A DNA stretch of 64,000 bases from Eubacteriales bacterium. GTDB lineage: Bacteria > Bacillota > Clostridia > Oscillospirales > CAG-272. Position 1 is the stretch's first letter. Every line of letters begins with the position of its first letter. Of the stretch, positions 29,089 to 37,162 are shown piece by piece. A program made the translations under genes and the position numbers. The stretch is taken from positions 6,486-70,485 of the forward strand of contig JAZRLS010000055.1 of the NCBI GenBank assembly GCA_045646945.1. The letters are read 5' to 3'. The notes beneath the pieces are model-generated. The model was not told the origin of the DNA, made no database searches, and worked only from the letters and a program-made list of their open reading frames with translations.

Positions 29089-29661
29089 ATGAGACGGATG
29101 AGATCAATGCAACGAAAACAAAGACGGCAGGGTGGAATTCGCCCCGAGATCGTTCGACGGATTGTCATTTTCGGACTGCTCGTGCTGATTCTTTCGGCGG
29201 CGATGAGCTCCTTTTTTGCTCAGCTGACGAGTCTTCCTGCAATCCCCGATCTGATGCTCGGCGCGGTGATTGCCGTGGCACTTCTTGACGGCAGGGCATC
29301 GGCGGCAATCGTTGCCGTAGCGGGTGGCGTTGCTGTCGACGCACTTGGCGGTGTGGGCGCGTCACTCAGTCCGCTTCTTTACCTCGGTGTGGTGCTGACG
29401 GTGGGATTTCTGAGTGAAAAAATGCTTCCGGGATTTCTTTCTTTTATCCTTCTTTTGTTGCCGTCGCTGATATTACGGGCCCTTTTCAGTCTCGTTGGCG
29501 TTTGGATTTTTGTGGGAGAGATTACGTTTTACGGTGTCTTCTCGGGGGTGATTTTGCCCGAAGCGATTTCCACGTTTCTGTTTTGTCTCCCTATTTATTT
29601 TTTGGTCACGCTCTGCCTTTTGCCGATCAAGGACCGTCGGGAGCGTGTGACTCGGCTGTAA
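29089..29661 (+). CDS. mreD: Rod shape-determining protein MreD
   Basis: Polytopic membrane protein after mreC. I preferred the ATG at 29089 (GGAGA 6 nt upstream). The track start at 29071 is the alternative. Confidence 0.75.
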   Translation: MRRMRSMQRKQRRQGGIRPEIVRRIVIFGLLVLILSAAMSSFFAQLTSLPAIPDLMLGAVIAVALLDGRASAAIVAVAGGVAVDALGGVGASLSPLLYLGVVLTVGFLSEKMLPGFLSFILLLLPSLILRALFSLVGVWIFVGEITFYGVFSGVILPEAISTFLFCLPIYFLVTLCLLPIKDRRERVTRL

Positions 29662-29686
29662 GCCGTTTTCTTGAGAAAGGATTTTT

Positions 29687-30721
29687 ATGAACAAGTTGAA
29701 ATTTTCCCTGCAGCCCGAAACGGGCAGACTTTCCGAGATTGACGCAAAACGTTATTTTTCTACCTTTGGTTTGGCTGCCTGCGTGTTTATGCTGGCGTAT
29801 CACCTGAGCAATTATCTGTTTTCTTATGCGGTCTATCTGTTTGCGCCGTGGCTTTTGCAGAATGCGATCGTCGGACATCTCTTTTCGATCGTGACGCTGT
29901 ATGGCATCGCGTTCCCCTTCTTCTTCCTCGTTTTGCGCCGCTTGCCGACCGATACGATGGCACCGGTAGAGATGGGAACAAAGAACTGGTGGCGTACGCT
30001 TTGCGTGGCACTTGCCTTTATGATGATCGGAAACTATATCGGCAATTTTTTTATTTCCTACTTTGCCGCCGCGACGGGAAGCTCTCCGATCAACCCTGTC
30101 GAAAGCGCGACCTCGGGCCAGTCCTTCTGGCTCAATCTTGTGTTCGTCGCGATCATCGGACCGATTCTCGAGGAGCTTGTGTTCCGTAAGGTGGTCTGTG
30201 ACCATCTGCTCCCGCTCGGAGAGGGATACGCCGTCATTCTTTCAGCGGTTCTTTTTGGATTGGTACACGGAAACTTTTTCCAGTTTTTCTACGCCGCGGC
30301 AGTCGGCGCGCTCTTTGCACTGATTTACGTGAAAACGGGACGTCTTCGCTATTCGATCTCGTATCATATCATCATCAATTTCCTCGGCGGTGTCATCGCA
30401 CCGTGGTTGATCGACCGCATTGCGCCTTGGATCAGTGAGGAGGGAATGGAACAGCTGGTGGGAATGGCAGAGAGCGATCCTGTGGGACTTCTCCGCATCT
30501 GGCAGCTTTATCTCTTCCCGCTGGTCATCTACGAGGGAGTTTTTCTCGTTGCGGCAGTGCTTGGCATTGTGTTTTTGATCAAAGGACGGAAAAGAATCCA
30601 TTTTCTCGACGGATTGCTTCCGCCCCCCAAGGAAAGCCGAGTATCGAACGTCTTCTGTAACGCAGGGGTTGCCGCCGCACTCGCGGTGTTTGCGGGCATT
30701 TTCTTGCTGTCATTGCTATAA
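29687..30721 (+). CDS. CPBP-family intramembrane metalloprotease (CAAX prenyl protease-like)
   Basis: Motifs ILEELVFRK, FGLVHGNF and YHIIINF in a multi-TM protein. Confidence 0.85.
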   Translation: MNKLKFSLQPETGRLSEIDAKRYFSTFGLAACVFMLAYHLSNYLFSYAVYLFAPWLLQNAIVGHLFSIVTLYGIAFPFFFLVLRRLPTDTMAPVEMGTKNWWRTLCVALAFMMIGNYIGNFFISYFAAATGSSPINPVESATSGQSFWLNLVFVAIIGPILEELVFRKVVCDHLLPLGEGYAVILSAVLFGLVHGNFFQFFYAAAVGALFALIYVKTGRLRYSISYHIIINFLGGVIAPWLIDRIAPWISEEGMEQLVGMAESDPVGLLRIWQLYLFPLVIYEGVFLVAAVLGIVFLIKGRKRIHFLDGLLPPPKESRVSNVFCNAGVAAALAVFAGIFLLSLL

Positions 30722-30756
30722 TTTTTTGAAATTTACGAAAAAAGAAAGGGAGAGCT

Positions 30757-32754
30757 ATGAAGAGGAGAGGTCATTGGCATGCAACCTCGTACGGCAGTCG
30801 GCATAGTTCTGCCCGAACGCTGGTGGTCGCCGTGGCATTTTTGGCGATTTGCGCGGCGTTTATGATCGCGGTCGCCGCGTTTCAGATCCGAGGGAGCTTT
30901 TTGCCGCCCAAGGAGGAGGGAACCAAGCGAACCTATACCGTGCCGGGACTTCGCGGAGAAATCTACGATCGCAACGGGAATTTGCTGGTGGGAAACGCCA
31001 CGACCTACGATCTTGTTTACGAATACGGTGCGATGCCCGATACGCGTCGTGAGATCAACGATTCGCTTTTGAAGGTTCTTGAAGCGATGAACGAAACGGG
31101 CAACGGCGATAAGCGGACAGAGGATCTATTTATCCTCAAGGGTACCTATCCGAATATGAAATTTGTTCCCGAGCTTCAGGACAAGAATTCCGCCGAGTAT
31201 TATCATTATAAGCGATTTCTCGATCGGCAGGAAATGGAACGTTCCGAGACTGACGCCGAGGACTTGATGAACTATTTCGTCAGACGCTATCAGCTCTCGA
31301 CGTCGCGCTATACCAAGGCGCAGATCACCGAGTTGATTCGGCTGTACTATGAGATGGAGCGCGTGGATTTCGGGCAGTATCAGTCCTACACAATTGCGAA
31401 AAATATCAACCGAAATCTCATTACCCGTCTGGAGGAATCGAATATTGAGGGTGTGAACTTCGATATTCAGGCAGAGCGAGAATATGCCTACCCCGGCGTC
31501 GCGTCGCATCTTCTGGGGCAGTTGGGAAAAATTACCGCTGAGAATGCCGAGCAGTATATTGCCGAGGGATACCCGCTGGATGCGTTGGTGGGAATTTCGG
31601 GCTGTGAGAAGGCGTTTGAGGAATATCTCCGAGGTCAGGACGGCGTGATGGTCATTCGCTACGACGACAACGGAAATCAAATTGAAAAATACTACGAACT
31701 TGAGCCGACTCGCGGCAACGACGTTTATCTGACGATCGATATTGACTTGCAAATTGCTGCGGAGGAGAGCCTGAAGGCAAACGTCGACGAAATCACGACT
31801 GCCAAGGGCGGCGCGATTACGGTGCTGGATCCGAACACGGGCGAGGCTTTTGCTCTTGCGTCCTATCCCACCTACGATTTAACCAAATTCGATAACGTAG
31901 ATTATTATAATTCTCTTCGCGAAAATTCGCGTTCTCCGCTGCTGAACCGAGCCCTACAGGGGGTCTATCCCCCCGGATCAACCTATAAGATTGGTGCTGC
32001 GATGGCGGGATTAGAGCGCGGAGCGATTACGACAGCGGATACGGTCAACTGTCAACGTGTTTATCCGAAATATGACCATCCGACCTGTCTTGGCGTGCAC
32101 GATCGCCTCAATGTGATCGAAGCGATTCAATATTCCTGTAACATTTTCTTCTATCACCTGGGAGACCTGCTTGGCGTCGAATCGATGACCGAGTATACTA
32201 CACGGCTCGGACTTGGCGTGGATACGGGACTAGAGCTCGGAAACGCCGATGGAACTGCCGCTGTGACCAGTGAGAATCCCGGGGACACCGTGCGCGCCGC
32301 CATCGGACAGTCGACCCACGGTTATACGCCCTTGCAGATGAGCGTCTATCTGTCCACGGTCGTCAACGGCGGTACGCGATACCGCGCACATTTGCTTGGC
32401 TCGGTGCGAAAATATTACACGGGAGAGATTGTGTACGAGCCCTCTGTCGAGGTTCTTGATACCGTCAATTTCTCAAAGAATACTTACGATATTCTGATGG
32501 AAGGAATGGAACGAGTGGTCTCCGACAGCGACGTTCTGCGGGGATATTTTTCGGACGTGGGTGTGAGTGTCGGCGGAAAAACGGGTACGGCACAGATCAC
32601 GGGACGGGTGGATTATGCACTTTTTATGGGCTTTGCTCCCCTCACCTCGCCTGAGCTTGTGGTTTCCTGCGTGATCGAGGAAGGCTTGTACGGTTCTTTC
32701 GCGGCACGCACGACGATTGACGTGTTTGAGGAATATTTTTCTGACAAGACTTGA
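30757..32754 (+). CDS. mrdA: Penicillin-binding protein 2 (elongation transpeptidase)
   Basis: N-terminal TM segment and dimerisation domain. Transpeptidase motifs STYK, SCN and KTGT. Confidence 0.9.
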   Translation: MKRRGHWHATSYGSRHSSARTLVVAVAFLAICAAFMIAVAAFQIRGSFLPPKEEGTKRTYTVPGLRGEIYDRNGNLLVGNATTYDLVYEYGAMPDTRREINDSLLKVLEAMNETGNGDKRTEDLFILKGTYPNMKFVPELQDKNSAEYYHYKRFLDRQEMERSETDAEDLMNYFVRRYQLSTSRYTKAQITELIRLYYEMERVDFGQYQSYTIAKNINRNLITRLEESNIEGVNFDIQAEREYAYPGVASHLLGQLGKITAENAEQYIAEGYPLDALVGISGCEKAFEEYLRGQDGVMVIRYDDNGNQIEKYYELEPTRGNDVYLTIDIDLQIAAEESLKANVDEITTAKGGAITVLDPNTGEAFALASYPTYDLTKFDNVDYYNSLRENSRSPLLNRALQGVYPPGSTYKIGAAMAGLERGAITTADTVNCQRVYPKYDHPTCLGVHDRLNVIEAIQYSCNIFFYHLGDLLGVESMTEYTTRLGLGVDTGLELGNADGTAAVTSENPGDTVRAAIGQSTHGYTPLQMSVYLSTVVNGGTRYRAHLLGSVRKYYTGEIVYEPSVEVLDTVNFSKNTYDILMEGMERVVSDSDVLRGYFSDVGVSVGGKTGTAQITGRVDYALFMGFAPLTSPELVVSCVIEEGLYGSFAARTTIDVFEEYFSDKT

Positions 32755-32779
32755 CAATTTTTCAGACAAGGTATATAAT
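32751..32779 (+). promoter_or_regulatory. Consensus sigma-A promoter for the glutamine synthetase gene
   Basis: TTGACA (32751-32756, overlapping the PBP2 stop codon), 17 nt spacer, TATAAT (32774-32779). Confidence 0.65.
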
Positions 32780-32811
32780 AAATTATTATTTGTACGGAAA
32801 GGACGATAAAA

Positions 32812-34905
32812 ATGAACAAAAACGTTCCCGAACTCTTTGGCAGTATGGTCTTTAACGACGACGTGATGCGTGAGCGACTGCCGAAAGAGGTGTATAAATC
32901 TCTGACCAAAACCATCGCAACGGGAAAAACGATCGATGCATCGGTCGCCGACGTAGTGGCAAACGCAATGAAGGACTGGGCAATTGAGAAGGGCGCGACC
33001 CACTATACGCACTGGTTTCAGCCGCTGACGGGCGTAACGGCAGAGAAGCACGACTCCTTTATTTCCCCCGTTGGAAACTGCAAGGTTGTGATGGAATTTT
33101 CGGGCAAGGAGCTCATCAAGGGGGAGTCGGACGCATCGTCTTTCCCGTCGGGAGGACTTCGTGCCACTTTCGAGGCAAGAGGATACACGGCGTGGGATCC
33201 CGCGTCGTATGCTTTTGTCAAGGACGGCTCGCTCTACATCCCTACGGCGTTCTGCTCCTATACGGGAGAAGCACTCGACACCAAAACGCCTTTGCTCCGT
33301 TCGATGGATGCCATCAACGCACAGGGACTCAGATTGCTTCGTCTCTTTGGCGATATGACCACCAAGCGTCTCTCGACGACGGTTGGTGCGGAGCAGGAAT
33401 ATTTTATTATCGATAAGGAAATGTACGATCTTCGTAAGGATCTGCAGTTCACGGGACGTACTCTCTTCGGTGCCCCCGCGCCCAAGGGTCAGGAGCTTGA
33501 GGATCATTACTTCGGTCCGCTCAATGCGAGAATCGGTGCCTTTATGGCAGAGGTCGACGAGAATTTGTGGCGTCTTGGTATCAACTCCAAGACCAAGCAC
33601 AACGAAGCTGCGCCCGCACAGCACGAGCTCGCCCCCATCTACGCTACGACCAATATGGCGGTGGACCAGAACCTTCTGATTATGGAATATATGAAGAAGA
33701 TTGCGGAGAAGCACGGACTCGTGTGTCTGCTTCACGAAAAGCCCTATGCAGGTGTCAGCGGATCGGGCAAGCACAATAACTGGTCGATCTCGACCGATAC
33801 GGGCAAGAATCTGCTGGACGCAGGCAAAACACCGGCCGAAAACCTTAAGTTTATGCTGATTCTCGCCGCTATCATCAAGGCGGTGGACGATCATCAGGAT
33901 CTTCTGCGTCTGTCGGTTGCCAGTGCGGGCAACGATCACCGTTTGGGATCAAGTGAGGCACCCCCTGCCGTTGTTTCGATCTTCCTTGGTGAAGAGCTTG
34001 GACAGATCATTCAGTCGATTGTCGACGGAAAGACGTACAAGGGAGCACGCGCGGGTATTATGGACCTTGGAATTCCCACGATTCCGACCTTCCGCAAGGA
34101 TACCACCGACCGCAACCGTACTTCGCCTCTTGCCTTTACGGGCAACAAATTTGAGTTCCGTATGCTCGGCTCGTCGCAGAATATCGCAATGCCGAACATT
34201 GTGCTGAATACGGCGGTTGCCGAGAGCTTCCGTCAGTTTGCTGACGTGCTCGAAGCCGCCGACGATTTCGACGCGGCAGTCGCAAAGCTGCTCAAGGATA
34301 CCTTTACGAAGCATCAGAGAATCATCTTTGACGGCGACGGCTATTCGGAGGAGTGGCAAAAGGAAGCCGAGAAGCGCGGACTTCTCAATCTGCGTACCTC
34401 GGTGGATGCGTTCTGTTGCTTTGACGCGCCGAAGAACATCAAGCTCTTTGGCGAGCACGGAGTGATGAGCGAGAGCGAAATCCGCTCGAGAGAGGACATT
34501 TTGCTCGAAAACTACGCAAAGATTGTCAACATCGAAGCGCTGACGATGATCGAAATGGTCAGCCGCGATATCATTCCCGCCGTCAACGCGTATCTTGGTG
34601 ACGTGGCAGGAACAATGGGCGCAAAGCTCGCGGTGATGCCCGAGCTTTCGTGCGAGGTCGAAAAAGATCTGCTTACAAAACTGACCACGCTCAATGCCAA
34701 GGCGTACCGCGACCTTGCGGTGCTCAAGGAGGTTGAACTGAAAGCGGCGGCGGAAAAGGATATTCTCAAGAGAGCGCAGTCATACTGTGACGAGGTCATT
34801 CCCGCGATGGCGACGCTTCGCCGTCACGTCGATGCGATGGAGTGCCTTACGTCAAGTGAGTATTGGCCTTTCCCGACCTACGGTGATATGATGTTTAAGG
34901 TTTAA
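32812..34905 (+). CDS. glnN: Glutamine synthetase type III
   Basis: 697 aa. The N-terminus FGSMVFNDDVMRERLPKEVYKSL...ATHYTHWFQPLTG is typical of GSIII. Confidence 0.92.
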   Translation: MNKNVPELFGSMVFNDDVMRERLPKEVYKSLTKTIATGKTIDASVADVVANAMKDWAIEKGATHYTHWFQPLTGVTAEKHDSFISPVGNCKVVMEFSGKELIKGESDASSFPSGGLRATFEARGYTAWDPASYAFVKDGSLYIPTAFCSYTGEALDTKTPLLRSMDAINAQGLRLLRLFGDMTTKRLSTTVGAEQEYFIIDKEMYDLRKDLQFTGRTLFGAPAPKGQELEDHYFGPLNARIGAFMAEVDENLWRLGINSKTKHNEAAPAQHELAPIYATTNMAVDQNLLIMEYMKKIAEKHGLVCLLHEKPYAGVSGSGKHNNWSISTDTGKNLLDAGKTPAENLKFMLILAAIIKAVDDHQDLLRLSVASAGNDHRLGSSEAPPAVVSIFLGEELGQIIQSIVDGKTYKGARAGIMDLGIPTIPTFRKDTTDRNRTSPLAFTGNKFEFRMLGSSQNIAMPNIVLNTAVAESFRQFADVLEAADDFDAAVAKLLKDTFTKHQRIIFDGDGYSEEWQKEAEKRGLLNLRTSVDAFCCFDAPKNIKLFGEHGVMSESEIRSREDILLENYAKIVNIEALTMIEMVSRDIIPAVNAYLGDVAGTMGAKLAVMPELSCEVEKDLLTKLTTLNAKAYRDLAVLKEVELKAAAEKDILKRAQSYCDEVIPAMATLRRHVDAMECLTSSEYWPFPTYGDMMFKV

Positions 34906-34917
34906 AACAACAAAATT

Positions 34918-34956
34918 ACCGCCAACCGAGCAATCGGTTGGCGGTTTTTGTTTTTT
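34918..34956. terminator. Bidirectional intrinsic terminator (glnN / DUF1385 gene)
   Basis: ACCGCCAACCGA, loop GCAA, TCGGTTGGCGGT, then TTTTGTTTTTT. Confidence 0.85.
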
Positions 34957-34958
34957 AA

Positions 34959-36011
34959 TTAGAATTTATCGCTTTCGTCCTCGGGAATCACTTCCTTGAA
35001 GGCGGCAATGGCACATTCGATCATATCGTCGGTCGGTTCAAGCACGGTTACGCGCTGTAACCACATACCGGGTGCCGAAATGATGCGGGTAAAGAGGTTG
35101 TCGTGTCTGCCTGCCAGCTTGATGAGCTCGTAGCCGATTCCCATCGTCAGCGGCAGCAGAAGAAGCTTCAGAAGCGCGCGGAGAACCGTAGGCGGAACGT
35201 CACCCGTCAGCCAGATGAAGAGCGGGTCGATAAAGAAAGAAATAAACATTCCGACGAGAAGCATCAGTACGAGGAACGACGTACCGCACCGAGGATGGAA
35301 ACGGCGCTCGCGGCGCACGTTCTCGACGGTCAGCTCTAAGCCGTGCTCATAGCAGAAGATGGTTTTGTGCTCGGCTCCGTGGTATTGGAAGGTTCTGCGG
35401 ATGTCCTTCATCAGCGTCACGAGAAGCATATATGCCACAAGAACCACGATCTTGAGAATTCCCTCAAATGCCGATTTGATGAGTGATTCGAGTGCCGCGT
35501 TGTCGGGGGCAAGAAAGGGCATAATCGGGACGCACCACTTATATAGGAAGGTGGGGAGCATGACGAACAACAGAACGGCAAGCACTACGCCAAGCACACC
35601 TGCAATCGCCATAACGACGCCCATCAGTACCGAAGAGCTCTTTTCGTCACTCTTTTTGGTGGGTTCAGCGGTCTCGGTTGTCGTTGTTTCTTCGGTGATG
35701 TCGGGATTGGCGGGTTTTTCCTTGATTTCGTCTTCCAGTCCCGCAATCTCTGCCGAGCGCATCAATGCCTTGTAGCCGATCTTCATCGAGGAAATAAAGC
35801 CGAACACACCGCGAATGATCGGAAGTTTCGCAATCTTCGAGGGTTTCTTCGACTGATTCTCCAAAACCTCTAATACGATCTCGCCTTCGGGATTTCGTAC
35901 TGCCATCGCGGATTTCTTCGGTCCGCGCATCATAATTCCTTCAATCAGAGCCTGTCCGCCAATCGAGGTTTTCTTGGCGCAGGTCTCCTTGCATTTTGTT
36001 TTTTTGCTCAA
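34959..36011 (-). CDS. DUF1385-family membrane protein (YqhQ-like)
   Basis: IGGQALIEGIMMRGP and YHGAEHK motifs. TTG start 8 nt after AGGAG. Confidence 0.8.
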   Translation of the reverse strand: MSKKTKCKETCAKKTSIGGQALIEGIMMRGPKKSAMAVRNPEGEIVLEVLENQSKKPSKIAKLPIIRGVFGFISSMKIGYKALMRSAEIAGLEDEIKEKPANPDITEETTTTETAEPTKKSDEKSSSVLMGVVMAIAGVLGVVLAVLLFVMLPTFLYKWCVPIMPFLAPDNAALESLIKSAFEGILKIVVLVAYMLLVTLMKDIRRTFQYHGAEHKTIFCYEHGLELTVENVRRERRFHPRCGTSFLVLMLLVGMFISFFIDPLFIWLTGDVPPTVLRALLKLLLLPLTMGIGYELIKLAGRHDNLFTRIISAPGMWLQRVTVLEPTDDMIECAIAAFKEVIPEDESDKF

Positions 36012-36035
36012 AACGGTTTCTCCTTTGTGTGTAGG

Positions 36036-37025
36036 TTACCAAAGCTTCGGACGATCTTGTTCGGTCAGATACCAGAAATTACCGTCGCTTTCGGGTTGTG
36101 TTTCGGAATAAAAATATACGGTGGCATCAAGAAACGCATCGTTCTGCTTTGCTGTGCCGTTTTCACGAAGTGTCGTGATTTCGGCTTCGTTGCCGTAAAA
36201 ATAGATGGTTCGGAGCGCATCGCAGTCCTTAAATGCGCTGTCACAAATTTCGGTTAGTTCGGGGTGGAACATCACCGTGACGAGCGAGGTGCAGTCGGCA
36301 AAGGCGTTGTCCTCAAGGGTTTTGACACTCTTCGGGATTCGGATTTCCTTGAGTCCGCGACAGCCGAAAAAGGCATCGGGAGCAATCGAGGTCATTCCTT
36401 CGCCGAGAGTGACCGAACGAATCGCGTCGCAACCGTAGAAAGCACCTGCACCGACCTCGGTAAGTACCGCTCTCGGATCGATGACAAGCTCAATGCCTCG
36501 ACATTCGTAAAAAGCGTCCTCGCCGATCGAAGTGACCGTTTCGGGCAGGGAAATGCACTTGACCTGCTCATTCGAAAGCTCCGAGAAGACCCCCTCACCG
36601 ATTGCCGTGACGGTCAAGCCGTCCAGTGTCTTCGGAACGGGGAGGTCGCTACGAGTTTTGAGAAGCTTTGTGACGGCGGTCGTGCCGTCGCCCGTCGGCT
36701 CGTGGTCAAAGACGTCAGTAGCGGGAATCCAAGTGGCAAACAGTGTTATATCGGCAAACGCCACGTCGCTTCCAAAATTCCAAAAGGCACCGTCTTCGGT
36801 CTTCCAGCCGTCAAACAGCCAACCCTCTCTGGTCGGGTCATTGCCGCGCGGGATGGATTGTCCCTCCGCCACACGGATTCCTTCCACGGGAGAGCCGCCT
36901 TTGGTATCAAAGGTGATCGTATAATATACGGTTTCGTCTTCTTCGGTTTTCGTGCATCCGCCAAGGCAGGCGAGAAGAAAGAGAAGTGCCAGAAGAAGCG
37001 CACCGATTCGGTTACATCGAGTCAT
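36036..37025 (-). CDS. Lipoprotein with an InlB B-repeat (Listeria-Bacteroides repeat) and BspA-type leucine-rich repeats
   Basis: Lipobox LLACLGGC after the ATG at 37025 (GGAGG upstream). YYTITFDTKGGSPV...GWLFDGW is the B-repeat. Recurrent IGEGVF / IGEDAFYEC / IAPDAFFGC / LEDNAFADC / ICDSAFKDC units are the LRRs. Confidence 0.8.
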   Translation of the reverse strand: MTRCNRIGALLLALLFLLACLGGCTKTEEDETVYYTITFDTKGGSPVEGIRVAEGQSIPRGNDPTREGWLFDGWKTEDGAFWNFGSDVAFADITLFATWIPATDVFDHEPTGDGTTAVTKLLKTRSDLPVPKTLDGLTVTAIGEGVFSELSNEQVKCISLPETVTSIGEDAFYECRGIELVIDPRAVLTEVGAGAFYGCDAIRSVTLGEGMTSIAPDAFFGCRGLKEIRIPKSVKTLEDNAFADCTSLVTVMFHPELTEICDSAFKDCDALRTIYFYGNEAEITTLRENGTAKQNDAFLDATVYFYSETQPESDGNFWYLTEQDRPKLW

Positions 37026-37055
37026 AAACCCCTCCGAAAAATACTTCGATATTTT

Positions 37056-37084
37056 ATTATATCGTTTTTTTGAGAATTTGTCAA
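37056..37084 (-). promoter_or_regulatory. Consensus sigma-A promoter for the LRR lipoprotein gene
   Basis: On the minus strand: TTGACA, 17 nt spacer, TATAAT. Confidence 0.65.
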
Positions 37085-37094
37085 CCGAAACGGG

Positions 37095-37137
37095 CGAAAA
37101 GAAGAAAAATGACGGCGGAATTTTCACCGCCGTCATT
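37095..37137 (-). terminator. Intrinsic terminator of the P-type ATPase gene
   Basis: On the minus strand: AATGACGGCGG, 8-nt loop, CCGCCGTCATT, then TTTTCTTCTTTT. Confidence 0.85.
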
Positions 37138-37162
37138 CTTTATTCATACTTGTTCATAAAAG

